A DNA stretch of 64,000 bases, taken from contig JBEWZL010000083.1 of the NCBI GenBank assembly GCA_045837725.1, positions 186,001-250,000 on the forward strand, given 5' to 3'. The translations under genes and the position numbers were made by a program. This stretch comes from Vermamoeba vermiformis. Lineage: Eukaryota. Of this stretch, positions 50,471-63,470 are shown in pieces. Within the stretch, counting starts at the first letter, position 1. Each line of letters begins with the position of its first letter. The notes below the pieces were generated by a model. The model saw only the letters and a program-made list of their open reading frames with translations, made no database searches and was not told where the DNA came from.

Positions 50471-53400
50471 AGATGACTACTCGTCCAGTTCCTTCGACTT
50501 GTCGTCCATGGCCATGAGTAACATGATTCAGCCGAGCATTAATTTTAGACGCCAAATGCAGACGCAACAAGAGCCCTCAGTGACGACATTCACGAACACT
50601 GACAGCGACGACTACTGGTCACAAGTCAATGTGCAACAGCAGCAACAGACGCAGCAGTTGTTGCAATTGGAGAACTTGTTGGTGCAACAGTCCAAGATCA
50701 ACAACTTGCACGCGCAACCGACTGTTATCGATGTCTTTGCAGCTATTCAGAAGGAAATGAGCGACGATCGATCGGTGCCACGTGACAGCCGAGTGGTGTT
50801 GTACAACGACGTGCCTTATGTCCCCGCTCAAGCCATTGCATCTACTTCACAACTAGACAACGAGTTAAACAAGTTGAATGAGTTGTTCGAGGCTGGATTT
50901 ATCATCAAAGAACAATACCATAAGAGGAAAAGAGATCTCATCGAAATGAAGGATCGATCGTTCGATGTCACCGTGCCACACTCAGATTACAGTTTCATTG
51001 CTCTGTCCTCAGGCAAGAGACAGCGCACTGAAGGCTCAACACGCAGCACTAATCGTAACATTCGTGTCTTCATTTCATCGACTTTCCGTGACATGTCTGA
51101 TGAGCGTGAGGCCATCATGAAGAAAGCAATTCCTGAGCTCCAAAAACTTGCTAAACAACGTGGTGTATTCTTGACAGCTGTAAGTACAAAAAATGTTGTT
51201 CATATCAACTTCTTACTAATATTTCCTAGGTCGATCTTCGCTGGGGTATCACGAGCGATCAAACCAACGAAGGCAATACATTGAACATTTGCTTGGCTGA
51301 AGTGGACAGATGTCGTCCGTACTTTGTCGGTCTCTTAGGTCAACGTTATGGTTGGAGTCAACCTTCATCGCGATCTAAGGAGACTGGACTGTTGAACGAA
51401 GCAGATCATCTCTTGAAGAAGACTTTTGACCGCGCACAACTCAACTACCCTTGGCTCGGTGACTACCGTGACCGGTCAGTGACTGAGTTGGAGGTAAGTC
51501 CTGGCTAGATTTCATTGCGTAAAGAGGGTATTAATCAGAATTTAGGTTCGACACGCTGTGTTGAATGATCTTCAAAGTGACAGCGCATCTCGTGCATTGT
51601 TTTACCTCCGCAGAAGCACACCAGGGTAAGTAGTGAAAAATAGGTGTTTCTATTTGCATAGTATTAACAACAATTAGATCCCGCGACGATGACCCCCGTT
51701 TGACTACATTGAAGGACGAGCTGTCGTCTTCATCTCTCAAATGTGCTCAATACAACTCTGTTGACGAGTTGGCACGCAAGCTCGTTGAAGACTTCAAAGT
51801 GCTGCTCGATCGTGATTTCCCCGCCAGCTCTGCCCCAGGTCCTCTCGACATTGAACGTGCCGGTCACATGGCCTTCCAAGAGTCGCGCTCTCGCGTGTAC
51901 ATTGGTCGCAAGCACTACTTTGACAAGATCAACGAACACTTCTCAAAGCCCAATCCCGGTCCTATTGTTGTCGTAGCTGACTCAGGTCTCGGTAAGAGTG
52001 CCTTGATGGCCAACTGGATGGTGCAGTACGCTGGTGGCGACGATGGTCGTCATTTGGTCATTTCAAACTACATTGGTTGCACAGCTGCTAGCACAGATCT
52101 CGGGCGATTGTTGCGCCGCATTTGTGCCGAAATTCAAGACTTCTGGAAGATCGACAAGCCAATCCCTACGGAGCTACCAAAACTCATCGAGAAATTCCCA
52201 GAATGGTTGAATGAAGCTGATGCACGCGGAGGCTGCACAATTTTGTTCGATGCAATTAACCAACTTGAAGCCAAGGACGACGCACACCTCTTGCGTTGGT
52301 TGCCGCGCAAGTTCCCTCCCTCTGTTCGAGTTCTCGTCTCTACTACACCCAGCACTTGTTTGCAATGGTTGAAGGATCGCGAATGGAACACAATGACTGT
52401 CGAGCCATTGACCACTGAAGAACGCAAGAATTTGATCGAAGAATACCTAGGTCAATACGGCAAAAAGATGACTCAAGCGCAAATTCAAAGGTAAACAGGT
52501 CGTACTACACTAGCGAGTGCTTTTCTAACACGTGAAACAGAGTTATGGCGTCCAATGCCTGTCAAAACCCTTTGTACTTGCGCACACTGTTAGAAGAGAT
52601 CAGAGTGTTCGGCAGCTTCGAACAGCTCGATGCGCACATTGACAGATATCTCCGTGCACAATCACCGCCTGAGCTCTTCCAACTTATCTTCCAACGTCTC
52701 GAACAAGATATTACCACTGTCGTCAACAGCTCTGTCTTCTCGGGTGCCAAATTGACCCTCGTATCCGCCGTGCTGGCTCTGTCTTGGGTCGCTCGTCGTG
52801 GTCTGACTGAAGTCGAGTTACTTGAACTGTTGGGCATCACAGCCTCGCAATGGGCTCCTCTTCACTTGGCCCTCGAAGAAGCTCTCGTGTCCCGTTCAGG
52901 TTTCTTCACGTTCTTCCACGACTACATGCGTCAAGCAGTCGAGTCGCGATACATTCGCAATGCTCAACCTACGTACCGCAAGGCCATCATTGAGTACTTC
53001 ACCAAGAGTCAATCCCAACGATGACAAGCGCGTGTACGAAGAGGTTCCTTATCAACTTGAACAATTGCAAGACTGGCGTGGCTTGGCAACGTTCATCACC
53101 GACTTGAAGAACTTTGACAAGTTGTCGCGCGGTGACAGCAAGTTCGATTTGTACCGCTACTGGCGCGCTGTCTCGAAGATGGGCGGTCAAGACCCCGAGA
53201 GCATGATCTTCAACAAGATTCAAACTCTCGCCAAGGAGACACCCGAGGAGAGTCGCAACACTGTGATGGACTGCCAAGCACAAGTCGGCAAGTTCTTGGA
53301 AGACATTGGCACGTACGAAATGGCCGAGACTTTGTACAGAGATTCCCTCTCACTCGCAGAGGAGCTCTACAAGCCCAACAGCAAAGAGGTGTTGGCGCGT

Positions 53401-54953
53401 GTCGACGACTTGGCTTACTTGTTGGTACGTATAATGATACTCGCGAGTATGACGCGTTTACTAATTCCTTCAATAGCGTCTCCGCGGTAAATACAACGAC
53501 GCTTTGCCTTTGTACAGCCGAGCCTTGCAAATCAAACAGGCACTCAGCCGCGAAGAGGACGCACAGTTGGCTCAAATCATGAACAGCACCGCCGTCTTGT
53601 ACAGATTGCGCGGTGAATACGACAAAGCCGAACCGTTGTACATGAAGGCCTTGGCCATTCGTCAGCGAATCTTTGGTGAGATCCATGAAGACGTGGCACA
53701 GTCGTACAACAGTTTGGGCTGTTTGTTGCAAGACATGGGTCGTTACAAGGAGGCTGAAGAGAACTTCTTGAAGTCCATCACGCAACGAGAGTTCTTGCTC
53801 GGTGTCAATCACCCTGATGTCGCCATGTCACTCAAGTACGTATCGACAGCATCAGCTGAGCGTTATATATCTTTTGCTAACCATTCCGTTACTAGTAACT
53901 TGGCTGGATTGTACTTGGACTGGAGCAAATACGACAAAGCCGGTCCGATCTACAAGCGCGCCTTGTCCATCTATCAAATGGTCTACGGTGAAAATCACCC
54001 GAACTACGCGCAGACCTTGAACAGTACGTGTTCCTATTGTCTGAGTAATGACCTGACATTTCCTTTTTAGGTATGGCCGGTTTGATGCAAGAACAAGGCA
54101 AGTTCTCCGAGGCCGAAGTGTTGTACAAGAAGACAGTGGCCATCAAAGAAAATCTCTTGGGCAGCATGCACCCTGAGCTTGCTCTCACGCTCAACGACTT
54201 CGCCGTGCTTTACGCGCGTCAAGATAAGTTCCCTGAAGCTGAAAATCTTTACCGCCGAGCCTTGCAAATCCGCAAGACAGTGTTGGGAGAAAATCATCCC
54301 GATTTCGCGCAGTCGCTCAGTAAGTCTACAACTACCTCCTCAATGCTCAATCTAACGCGTCAATAGAAAACTTGGGCTCGTTGTTCCAAGACCAAGGCCG
54401 CTACCCCGAAGCCAAGGCCAACTACGAGCAATGTCTGCGCATTCTCGAAGCTTCATTCGGTCGCAAGCACATGGACGTGGCGAGTGCCTTGCATCACTTG
54501 GCAGCCATCAATCAGCTGCAAGGCCTGTACAACGAGGCTATTCCGCTCTACAACCGCGCCCTCGACATTTACTACGAGTTGTTGGGCCCCGTGCACGCAG
54601 ACATTGCGTTGTCATTGAACGACTTGGCCATTTTGTACTTCAAACAGGGCAACAACAAGAAGGCCGAAGAGTACTACTTGAAGTCGATTGACAACTACAC
54701 GCAAGTGTTCACTCGTGTGCACCCTGATGTCGCTCAAGCACTGCTCAATATTGCTCAGTTCTACAAAGCAACTGGTATGATGAAATAGGTTGACACGCGT
54801 TTATTCAGCATAACTAACATATCTTTTATTTTAGGTCAAACCGCCAATGCCAAGAAGTTCTACCAGGAATCGATTGACATTTTCACGCAAACACTTGGTG
54901 CCTCGAACCCTCGCACGCAGAACGCTGTTGCAAGCTCCAAGAGTTTGAAGTAG
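49322..54953 (+). CDS. NPHP3/TEP1-like STAND protein: H3/CTD-mimic N-terminus + SHOCT + DUF4062 + NACHT-like NTPase + TPR array; one apparent frameshift near 53007
   Basis: SHOCT-like LNKLNELFEAGFIIKEQYHKRK; DUF4062 IRVFISSTFRDMSDER..DLRWG..CLAEVDRCRPYFVGLLGQRYGW; Walker A ADSGLGKS; Walker B ILFDAINQL; NPLYL; kinesin-light-chain-type TPRs (HPDVA, HPELA, HPDFA). Confidence 0.88.
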
Positions 54954-55105
54954 TGCGACAAATGAATCTCAGATCCGTTGTGGATTTTGATGTAGATGTT
55001 GTAGATTTAATGTGATAAATATCTGTTTATCAGCAAAATTTATTCGTTTGTTTTCTTTAGCTATTTACATTTTATTTACAAATTATTATTAATTTTATGT
55101 TATTA

Positions 55106-57603
55106 TTATTCGTCGTCATCTCTCTTGCTTTTGACGCTTTGTAATGTGGCCAAGGTCGCTGAGCGTTGCATCGTAAACATCCTATGATAGGTTAGATTAT
55201 GTTGTTGGGGCTCATACGGAAGCATCAACTTACATTCGTTTCAAGCGAGTTCTGCGTGCTTCTTTTCGATTCAATTCGCTCTGCACCATGTTCGGGTCCA
55301 CGCTGTTGAACACTTCCAAATTGAGCGTGTAAGTGTGATCAGTGCTCGTGACTTCACTCTTCTCTTTGCGCGCTGAGTTGGGAGGCGAAGAGAGTGGCGA
55401 CACGGGCGAAGAACGACTCGTGAAGAAGTTTGACGGCAAGGACGAGGACAAGGGGCCAGATGTCAAAGTGTCATTCGAGTTGACAGGTGTCACGTGATCA
55501 AGCTCTTTGTCTCCTTCCTGTGACTGCTCTTTGGTCTTCTTTTTGTCGAGTCCTTTGAACAAGTTCTTGCTGCTCAATCGCTTCAGGAGTTTTTTGGCCT
55601 TGTTGCCAATACTCGCCAAATTTGATTTTTTGCGCGGACTCGTAGTGTTAGTGTTTGACACTTCAGCTGCACGTGATTGTTCGAAGAGTTTTTCTTTGGA
55701 TGACACTTTGACACGTGCCAACTTCGGAGACCTCGGGCTAGAACTAGCAACGTTTTGACGCGGGCTTACGTTTGACATGTCGTTTGACGCTGGTGGCTCG
55801 TCTTCGAATTTGACGGTCAAATTGAGTTGCGTGCGCTGTCTCTTGAGCACCGGCGACAGCTCTAGTGGTGTGACATTCGGTTTGACACCTGTCATTTGTG
55901 GTGCTGAGTTGACGCGCATTGCTTTGCTGTCAGTGACGGCACTTGATTTATCGACCGCGGACACAGATTTAGGAATGACAGGTGTCACTGTCGCTGTCAT
56001 CTGCATGACTGCTGGTTTGACACGTGTCACAGGCAATGTTGCAACTGGCACGGGCGAGACAGATTGACACGTGCTCTCGACCTCGGTGGTGTCAAACGAT
56101 GATCTGTACGTGCTGATGGTCTCAAAGCTCAGTTCACTCTCGCTCGAACTCGCATCTGGATCGAGCAACATGCCGCGCGAGATCAAGTACCGTTGTGTCG
56201 CTTCGAGCAGGCGCAGTTGTCTGGACCGCTGTTTCACAAACGAGTAGTCGTGCTTGTCAGATGAAATTTCATTCGCGTTGCGGGCTCGAGGCTCGTTCAG
56301 ACCAGCGCTAATTTTAGAACTCTTTTTGCGCGCGTAATCGGCTTCATCAGCTGTTCTCGAGCGTTTTCGATGTTGAGTTCGTGCACCACGTCTTATATTA
56401 GAAATTAATAAGAGATAATTATTTAGAATTCCTAAAATTATGATTCGATTTCAAGATCGGATGTTACCTTTGTTTCAAAGGACTTAAATCAACCAGTTCT
56501 TCGCTGTCTGATTGGTAGGACCACGTAATGCTGTCCTCTTCGCTTTCAGACTCGATAAAGCTGCTGCCGCTTTCTCGTTTGGCTTGCTTCAATCGATCCG
56601 TAAACAACATCATATTTTCTAAAAAAGGAAATTACAACCTGTTTCAATATTCGGCATTTGTGTGGACTACAAGATCAATAGTATTTGAAAGCGTACTATC
56701 AATTTTAGACCTTGTTAACGAAAGCTTACCAAGAGATCTGGCTGGCGGCTGGTTTTTCAGTTTTACGGCTTGAAAGTCCAATCTTTCCTTCCTATATGCA
56801 TTAAAACATTAATATTGGATTTATAATATTCAATTAAATGTCTTGCACGAGACGGTTCTGCGAAGTTAGGTGCAATAATTTTGAAAATTAGATCAAAAAC
56901 AAATTGGTATTTTGATTCTCGTAATAGAGGACGATACAAACCTTAAAGGACCTGGAGATAATCCATTGTCTCTATTCATTGAGTCTAAAGCCGGAATAAA
57001 TTAGCTACCATAAACCAGATCGAAAAGGGATCTTGTTTTTCAGGATCTGACAACTATTGATTCAAAATGTCGAAATATTGAGTAAATGTCCGAGTATTAT
57101 TGCTTGTTGTTCATCATTGATAAATCTTTTTCAAATTACACAAGACCACACTGTAATTTGAGATGCGCCACGTGAAAACAGATTTCGTTCGCAAGAGCAC
57201 AAATATCGAGCGTTATCAAAAGAAGAGATAAATTAGGTAAAATTAACTGTTATAAACCAATTTAAGCTCTAAATTTGAAACTGAAAGCGAACGGGTAGTT
57301 TTCAAAGTTTAATTTAATTTAGTGACGCGCAATCCAATTAAAGTTACCGTTGTAATTTAATTACATACCGATTTCTACATCCATATCTGCAGAGCGGCTT
57401 ATATTAGGTTTTTGTTGTCTTCTTTTCATTGCAGGTGAATTGGGGGAAGATCTGGTTCCGACGCCCAGTTTGACATCTTGATCCGCCGTCGCTTTTCCTT
57501 CTTTATAATTGGAATTCAACGAGCTCTTGCGAATGTGTTGCGATATTTTACGTCGCACAAGCTCGTTATTGGAATACGAGCGAGTTTTATGTTTGATCTC
57601 CAT
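55106..57603 (-). CDS. Hypothetical Ser/Lys-rich, largely disordered protein
   Basis: The 335-aa ORF at 55230-56237 splices in frame to a terminal exon (stop at 55106); several upstream exons have GT-AG junctions. No domain recognised; 5' structure uncertain. Confidence 0.6.
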
Positions 57604-57835
57604 CCTCCGACCACAGATTCGATAGCAGCGGCCGTTGCTGGTGGCTTAGAACTAATATTAATATTGTTGTGTGTTGTCGTTCGTTCAATTTGCGGGAAAT
57701 TTAATCTCATAAAGCCAAAAACACGAAATAAAGCGAAAAGATTTTCTTGTGACACACGTCAAAAATTAAAAGTCAAATTGCCAAATTATTCCACTGCCGA
57801 AGACCGGTATAAACCTACACTGATCGGAACTGATT

Positions 57836-60514
57836 ATGAAATGCTCATTATGGCGAGCAACAGTGCTCCTGGGAAGAAATTTTCCTCATCCGACGAAATC
57901 ACAGAGCGCGTCAATATTTCAAGCGAAGAACACAAAGCCCACTACACGACACAAGAAACATAAGACATTGATTTCAAATGCGACACGATGCTCGTACACA
58001 CGTAAGAAGGTTGTCAAAACAAACTTGGCAGTGTAAATAATAACTCAAAAAAATTAGATGTGCAATTTTATTCGACACAGAAGCGAGATACATTGCTTGA
58101 TGTTGATGACGAAAATGATATAGGTATGTAATTACGAACGGAAAATTGCGAGAAAAAATAGAAAGAAATAGTTTTAATTTTTTTATGAATATTAGACTTT
58201 CAATTATTTTTCAAGCTCTTTAGTTGCGGTAAAACGACCACAAAACGCGCAAAAAATACTAAAAAATTTAGACAATTTGATAGAACGTGGATATTTGCTT
58301 GCAGACGAGGATCCAAACCAGGCACTAAATATTTTCAATCGAATAATTGCTATCGATGAGACTAATGAGCGAGCACTATACGGAAAAGGTAACATGTTGT
58401 GTGTATTATAAACAGCAACTGACAAATTTACTTGACTTATAGCCGTAGCGCTAGAAAAGCTCGATCGGTTGGATGAGGCCCTGGCCTACCTAAATAGACT
58501 CTCTACATTGCACCCAGCCACATCCATATCACTACTAAGAGCAGAGATTAATTACAAGTTGGTATGCTGGCTACAAAATCGCTGTAACGGATCTGACTGA
58601 ACTTTAGCGAAATTTCGAAGTAGCCAGACTCGACCTGGAAGAGACAGTATCGATCTACCCAAATAACAAACGAGCGTGGGTGTTATTAGGGCACACAATG
58701 AGCGAGTTAGGCAGAGAGTTTGCAGCTTACGCGTGCATTTGTTTGGATCGCGCATTGGAGCTAGATCCGTACGATACTGCTGTGCTTGAAGCGCTGTGCG
58801 AGTACAGATATCGACTAGGCGCGATGTTCTTCGACTTTACCATCAGAGATATGAAGAGATTGCTCGCTGTGGACCCGTGGTTGGAGCAGATCTGGCTCAA
58901 ACTAGCCTCCGTCTACACCGACATTGGAGAATACGAAGACGCATTGCAAGCATTAGACCACGTCCTAAATAAGGATCAAGACTCATACCTGGCCCTATTT
59001 AACAAGTCTATGGTGTTATTCCGCTTGGAACAGTTTGAGCCAGCGGAACAACTCTTGCTGCGCTGTTTTGACCTGAAAACAGCCAATGAGAAGCAGCTAG
59101 GCAAATGCTTTGAGTTATTGACGTTAATATACACCAGTCAGGTATGGCTATATGATAATTCATATGTAATTTTAACGTGACTATGTAGGGCAAGGTTGAA
59201 GAACGAAAAAAATTGTCGCAAAGCTTTGTGGAACGATTTCCGATGAGTGTGGCAGGCTGGTTTTATTTAGGACGTGCTTACATGACGAGTGACATGGCCA
59301 TTGCAATGAAGTACTTTGAACAAGCGCTCAGCATCGACAGCAATCACCTGCGGTCATTGGACGGCATGGGCTGTGCGCTGTTCACGAACGGAAAATTAGA
59401 CGAATCAGATAAATATCTGCAAAGAATATTTAACATCAATTATACATTTGAGATCGGCGAGACATTCGGTACGTCATTCATGAACGGTGCTTAAAATAGA
59501 TTGTTGACGAACTCTTCGCAGTGGAAGAACAGTTGTACGGCCAAGCTCATGCCCTGCTCGATCATTTGATGCAGCAATATCCGCAGCACGTGCCTCAACT
59601 GTATTACTCCAAACAGTTCGTGGCTGCGCGGCAAAAAGACTACGCGACGGAATTCAATTATTTCTTGAAAGTGTTGCAGACCTCCGAGAGTCTGATCGAT
59701 GCTGCCAACTATTTGGGCATGACGTAGGTACCGTAATAATAGCGAAGTTCATTCTAATAATTCTATCCAGCAATAACTGGTCAGGGGCCATGAAGATTCT
59801 AGACGAATTAATCCAACAAAATCCGCGCAATGTACACGCACACATTGAACTGGCCAATTTATTGCTCGAAATGGTAAATCACTGACAAATACATTGCTCA
59901 CAATTGACACGTGTCACAGAACGAGCCTGAAGACGCACTGGCCAGGATAGCTATTGCAGAACAAATCAATCCATACGAATCTGAAGTGGTGAATGCAAAG
60001 ATGACAGCGCTGTCGCAGATTGACGCGCGACTCGACGAGGCTGTGCAGCTGATTCACATGCACAAAGATCGCTCTACCGCGCACATGGCCTGGAGCGAAG
60101 TGCACAGACGACGAGGTAGGCCAAACGAACACGGCAACAGAATTGTTTTAACAACATTGTTCGATAGGTGAATTCAAAGAGGCACTGCGACGGTGGGAGA
60201 TTGGCTGGAGATTGAACAATCCTGATCTCCCAACTGGCGGCTCCCTAGTCTATCGATACGCGTTGTGGCGTCAAAAAGCGAAGATTTTGGAATCGATGCA
60301 CGACACTCGCGCAGCTATTGACGAGTACTCGAAGGTGTTGCAGATCAATCCGAACGAGATGTGGTCATTGGAACACTTGGCAGAGCTGTGTTTGGACTGT
60401 GACCGCGTTGACGATGCACTCGCTGCAGTTGGGCGGTTGTTGGCACAACGACCCATGCACGACACTGGTCTTGCACTTAAGCGACAAATATTGGCCAGAA
60501 AAAAGATGACGTAA
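57836..60514 (+). CDS. TPR-repeat protein with probable mitochondrial presequence
   Basis: Many TPR-consensus helices (ALELDPYD, YEDALQALDHVL, AIDEYSKVLQINPNE). The N-terminal ~60 aa are basic, lack acidic residues and end in ..RCSYTHVQFYST. Confidence 0.75.
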
Positions 60515-60714
60515 ACTGATGCTTGCGAGCATTATTTACACTCGCACCACGGCTGTGTGAAGTCGTTCAGCAGCACTGTCGGAGTTGCTCCGTAGCAATT
60601 GGCGTGATATCTACGATTGCCGCTTCTTTCACTAGCTCGTGAATATCTCGCAGAATACCTTCGCAAATAGAAGAAAATTATTATTTGTCTTGTTACCCAG
60701 AATTACCACAATCT

Positions 60715-63430
60715 ATGTACTTCGTGCGGGCATCTTTTGCAAGCCGAGCAATTATTTGTTGCGTGCGCCAGGTCTCAAGACGCTCGCTCTATTCTAAATT
60801 AGAATCTAAGGGAAGTAAAAACCCTTTTCTTGAAGCTCAAACCGATGGTATGCGAATATGGAACTAACAGTTGTAAAATAATGCTTACCTATTTAACCCT
60901 TTTAGGTGCCAAATCAGCTTTTAACAAGAAACCAAATCCGCAAATCTGTGTCGCTGGATCACAAAAACGCTTATATTCGCCTGATAACATTCAGCCTGCG
61001 ACAGTGTAAGGGCACAAAATTATTATGTGAGTATTTGAATTAATTTGAGACAGGCCGGGCGCTGGATTTCAGATTTTGTGGAATCAAGTCGTGGATGTGG
61101 AAGCCAAGCTTCACTTTATGGAAAATAGGAGTGTCGAAGTTAAACAAGTGTTCGATCATTTCGTGCAGTCTCTCCTTGCCCAGTACGAGCTCGTGCCTTC
61201 TAACGATGTTAAATTGCGCATCGTCCTCGCTTCGCAAATGGTTGGCAGCGGCAAAACGTTGTTCGGGCGGTCATTTTTATCCGCAGCTTCCAGCAGGCGA
61301 GAGGAGTGGCAGCAGTTGTACCAAACAAAAGGCGAAAAGTTCGTTGTGGAAGAAATTCTAGCCGCCGAACACGTCGAGTTTAACTTATCTAGACTACCCG
61401 GCAACTTCACCATTGAACAAGCAACGTCGTTTTTCTTAAACTTGTTGTGCAATGCTTTGGTTGGGAAAACTGGTCGCAGTGAAACACCTTTAACTCGTGA
61501 AGAGCTTGAGCTACACTGGAACAACCGCGCAAATTTGGTTGTTGACGATATATTATCTTATTTTCAACGACGACTGCAGTGCAAGCTATTTATACACCTT
61601 GATGAAGTGGATTATGTATTACAAACAGAAGCGGGGGTATGTCACTCCAATGCTTGACCTATTCATTAATCATCGTTTGCAGTGCATTCCAACTCCTGAT
61701 GCAATCCAACGTCTGTATGACTTTTGGAGATTGTTCATCAATGCTATTGTTCAGCATTCTTTGTGTTATTGCTCTGGTCGTTCCCCTTCACTACTGAAGT
61801 TGGGCAGAGGGTACTACAGTTCAAGGCTGAATATGGGATCTGCACCTGCAAGTGTTGCCCCTATCTTCTTTGACAGACTATTTCCCAATAACATTGCTAA
61901 TACTATCAAACAAAATTATCCCACTGCATTCTCAAGTTCTCATAACAAATTGGAGGGTAAGTGTGACATAGTGCACAGTTCTATTGCTAACAACAAGCAG
62001 AAAAAATCCAGTTACTTGCAGACCAGGTGTACTACTGGACTGCTGGCATTCCAAGGCTTGTTCATGCAGCCATTGCATATTATCAAAAGAATTACTGTCC
62101 AAATGATCAGTCTGCACCAGGTGATTTGGATACACTGATGCCCAAAGATCTGATTGCCAAATGGAGCAAATTTGTGGCAGTACTGTTCTATTTCTCCAGC
62201 AATTGTTGCTGAGCTAGGAAATTATGCAGCCTTAAAGGACAACCCAGAACTCCAAAGGCTCTATCTCAAGGTTGCTCAAGATGCCCTTATGGCCACTCCT
62301 TATAGCGCTTGACTTGTCACTTGAGCCATCACTTGACATTCTACAACAGCTATGGATCCTTGGCATTTACACTGCAAAAACATCTCAGTTACAAGTATGT
62401 AACAATTGCCATTCTAATTCAAGCTCCTACTAACTATGGATTTAGTCTGAGCCAGCAACCTTAACTAGAAGCAGTAACGGAAAAGTATGCATCATATATA
62501 TTTCTGTAGCCTCCTAACATGACACTTTAGGTTATTCTATACCCAATCCTTCCAAGGGTAGTCTTTCAGTACCTTACTCAAACACAAGCTCTGAATGACC
62601 CAGTATTCAGAACAGTTCCCTCTGATTACTTCAATCCAGAGCCAGTAAGCAAGCCAGAGAACTGGCTAGAAACAAAGGGAGTGGAGTGCTTTGCTTACAG
62701 AATCAAAGACAAATTTCAGCATGTCATTCCAAATCACAAGACAATTGACATAGACTACCAGGCAGCCAATCTCTTTCCATTCTTAATGGGCACTTGTCTT
62801 GCCAAATCAAAATTTGAGCCACTTAGAAATGCATTCCACCTCCCTAAAATGATGAAAGCAGAGTGAGTAACAACTACTGCTAAGAATTAGAACTGACCTT
62901 ATAGCTCCAGGTCTGAGGCCAAGGAAGGAAGAATTGTGCTGACGCTGAAAACTGAACTCAACAGTGAAGCACAAGTGGCACAAGCCAATGTTTCACAGTG
63001 GAAAACAATTTTGGCTTATGTTGAAACTGGCTTGTACATTCCCTTTGATAAGTCCTCTTCAGGTGATGCCTATTATTTTTGGAAAAACTCAAGATCAATA
63101 GATACTCTTGTGTTTCAATTCAAAGCAGGAATGCAAGCACTGTCACTTTCAAGCATTTCCACAGAAGTTAACAAAGCTGTTGGCTCACTTCCAAGCACCG
63201 TCAGAAAAGCAGTGGTTGTCTTTATTGGAGGTTATTCAGGTGCATTGCAAAAGTATGCTGTTGCTAACTCCAACTATGCTTGGAAAATCCAAGTCGATAA
63301 ACTACCTGCCAATGCAAAGTTAAGATCATTAATGGAAGCAAGAAAATTGGATGTCTTGATTCTAAACGAAAGTGGCCAAGAGCTGCTACTGTCATCATTT
63401 GTATTGTCACGAACAGGGTTAAGGCAATAA
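60715..63430 (+). pseudogene. Crinkler/RHS-type P-loop NTPase + restriction-endonuclease-fold gene, apparently disrupted by two frameshifts
   Basis: Walker A MVGSGKT, Walker B FIHLDEVD, WTAGIPR, and C-terminal SSGDAYYF..LVFQFKAG (PD-(D/E/Q)xK-like). The frame shifts near 62150-62200 and ~62307 with no usable intron. Confidence 0.6.
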
Positions 63431-63470
63431 AACTATTTTACATTGCATCAATAATTCGTGACGATATATC

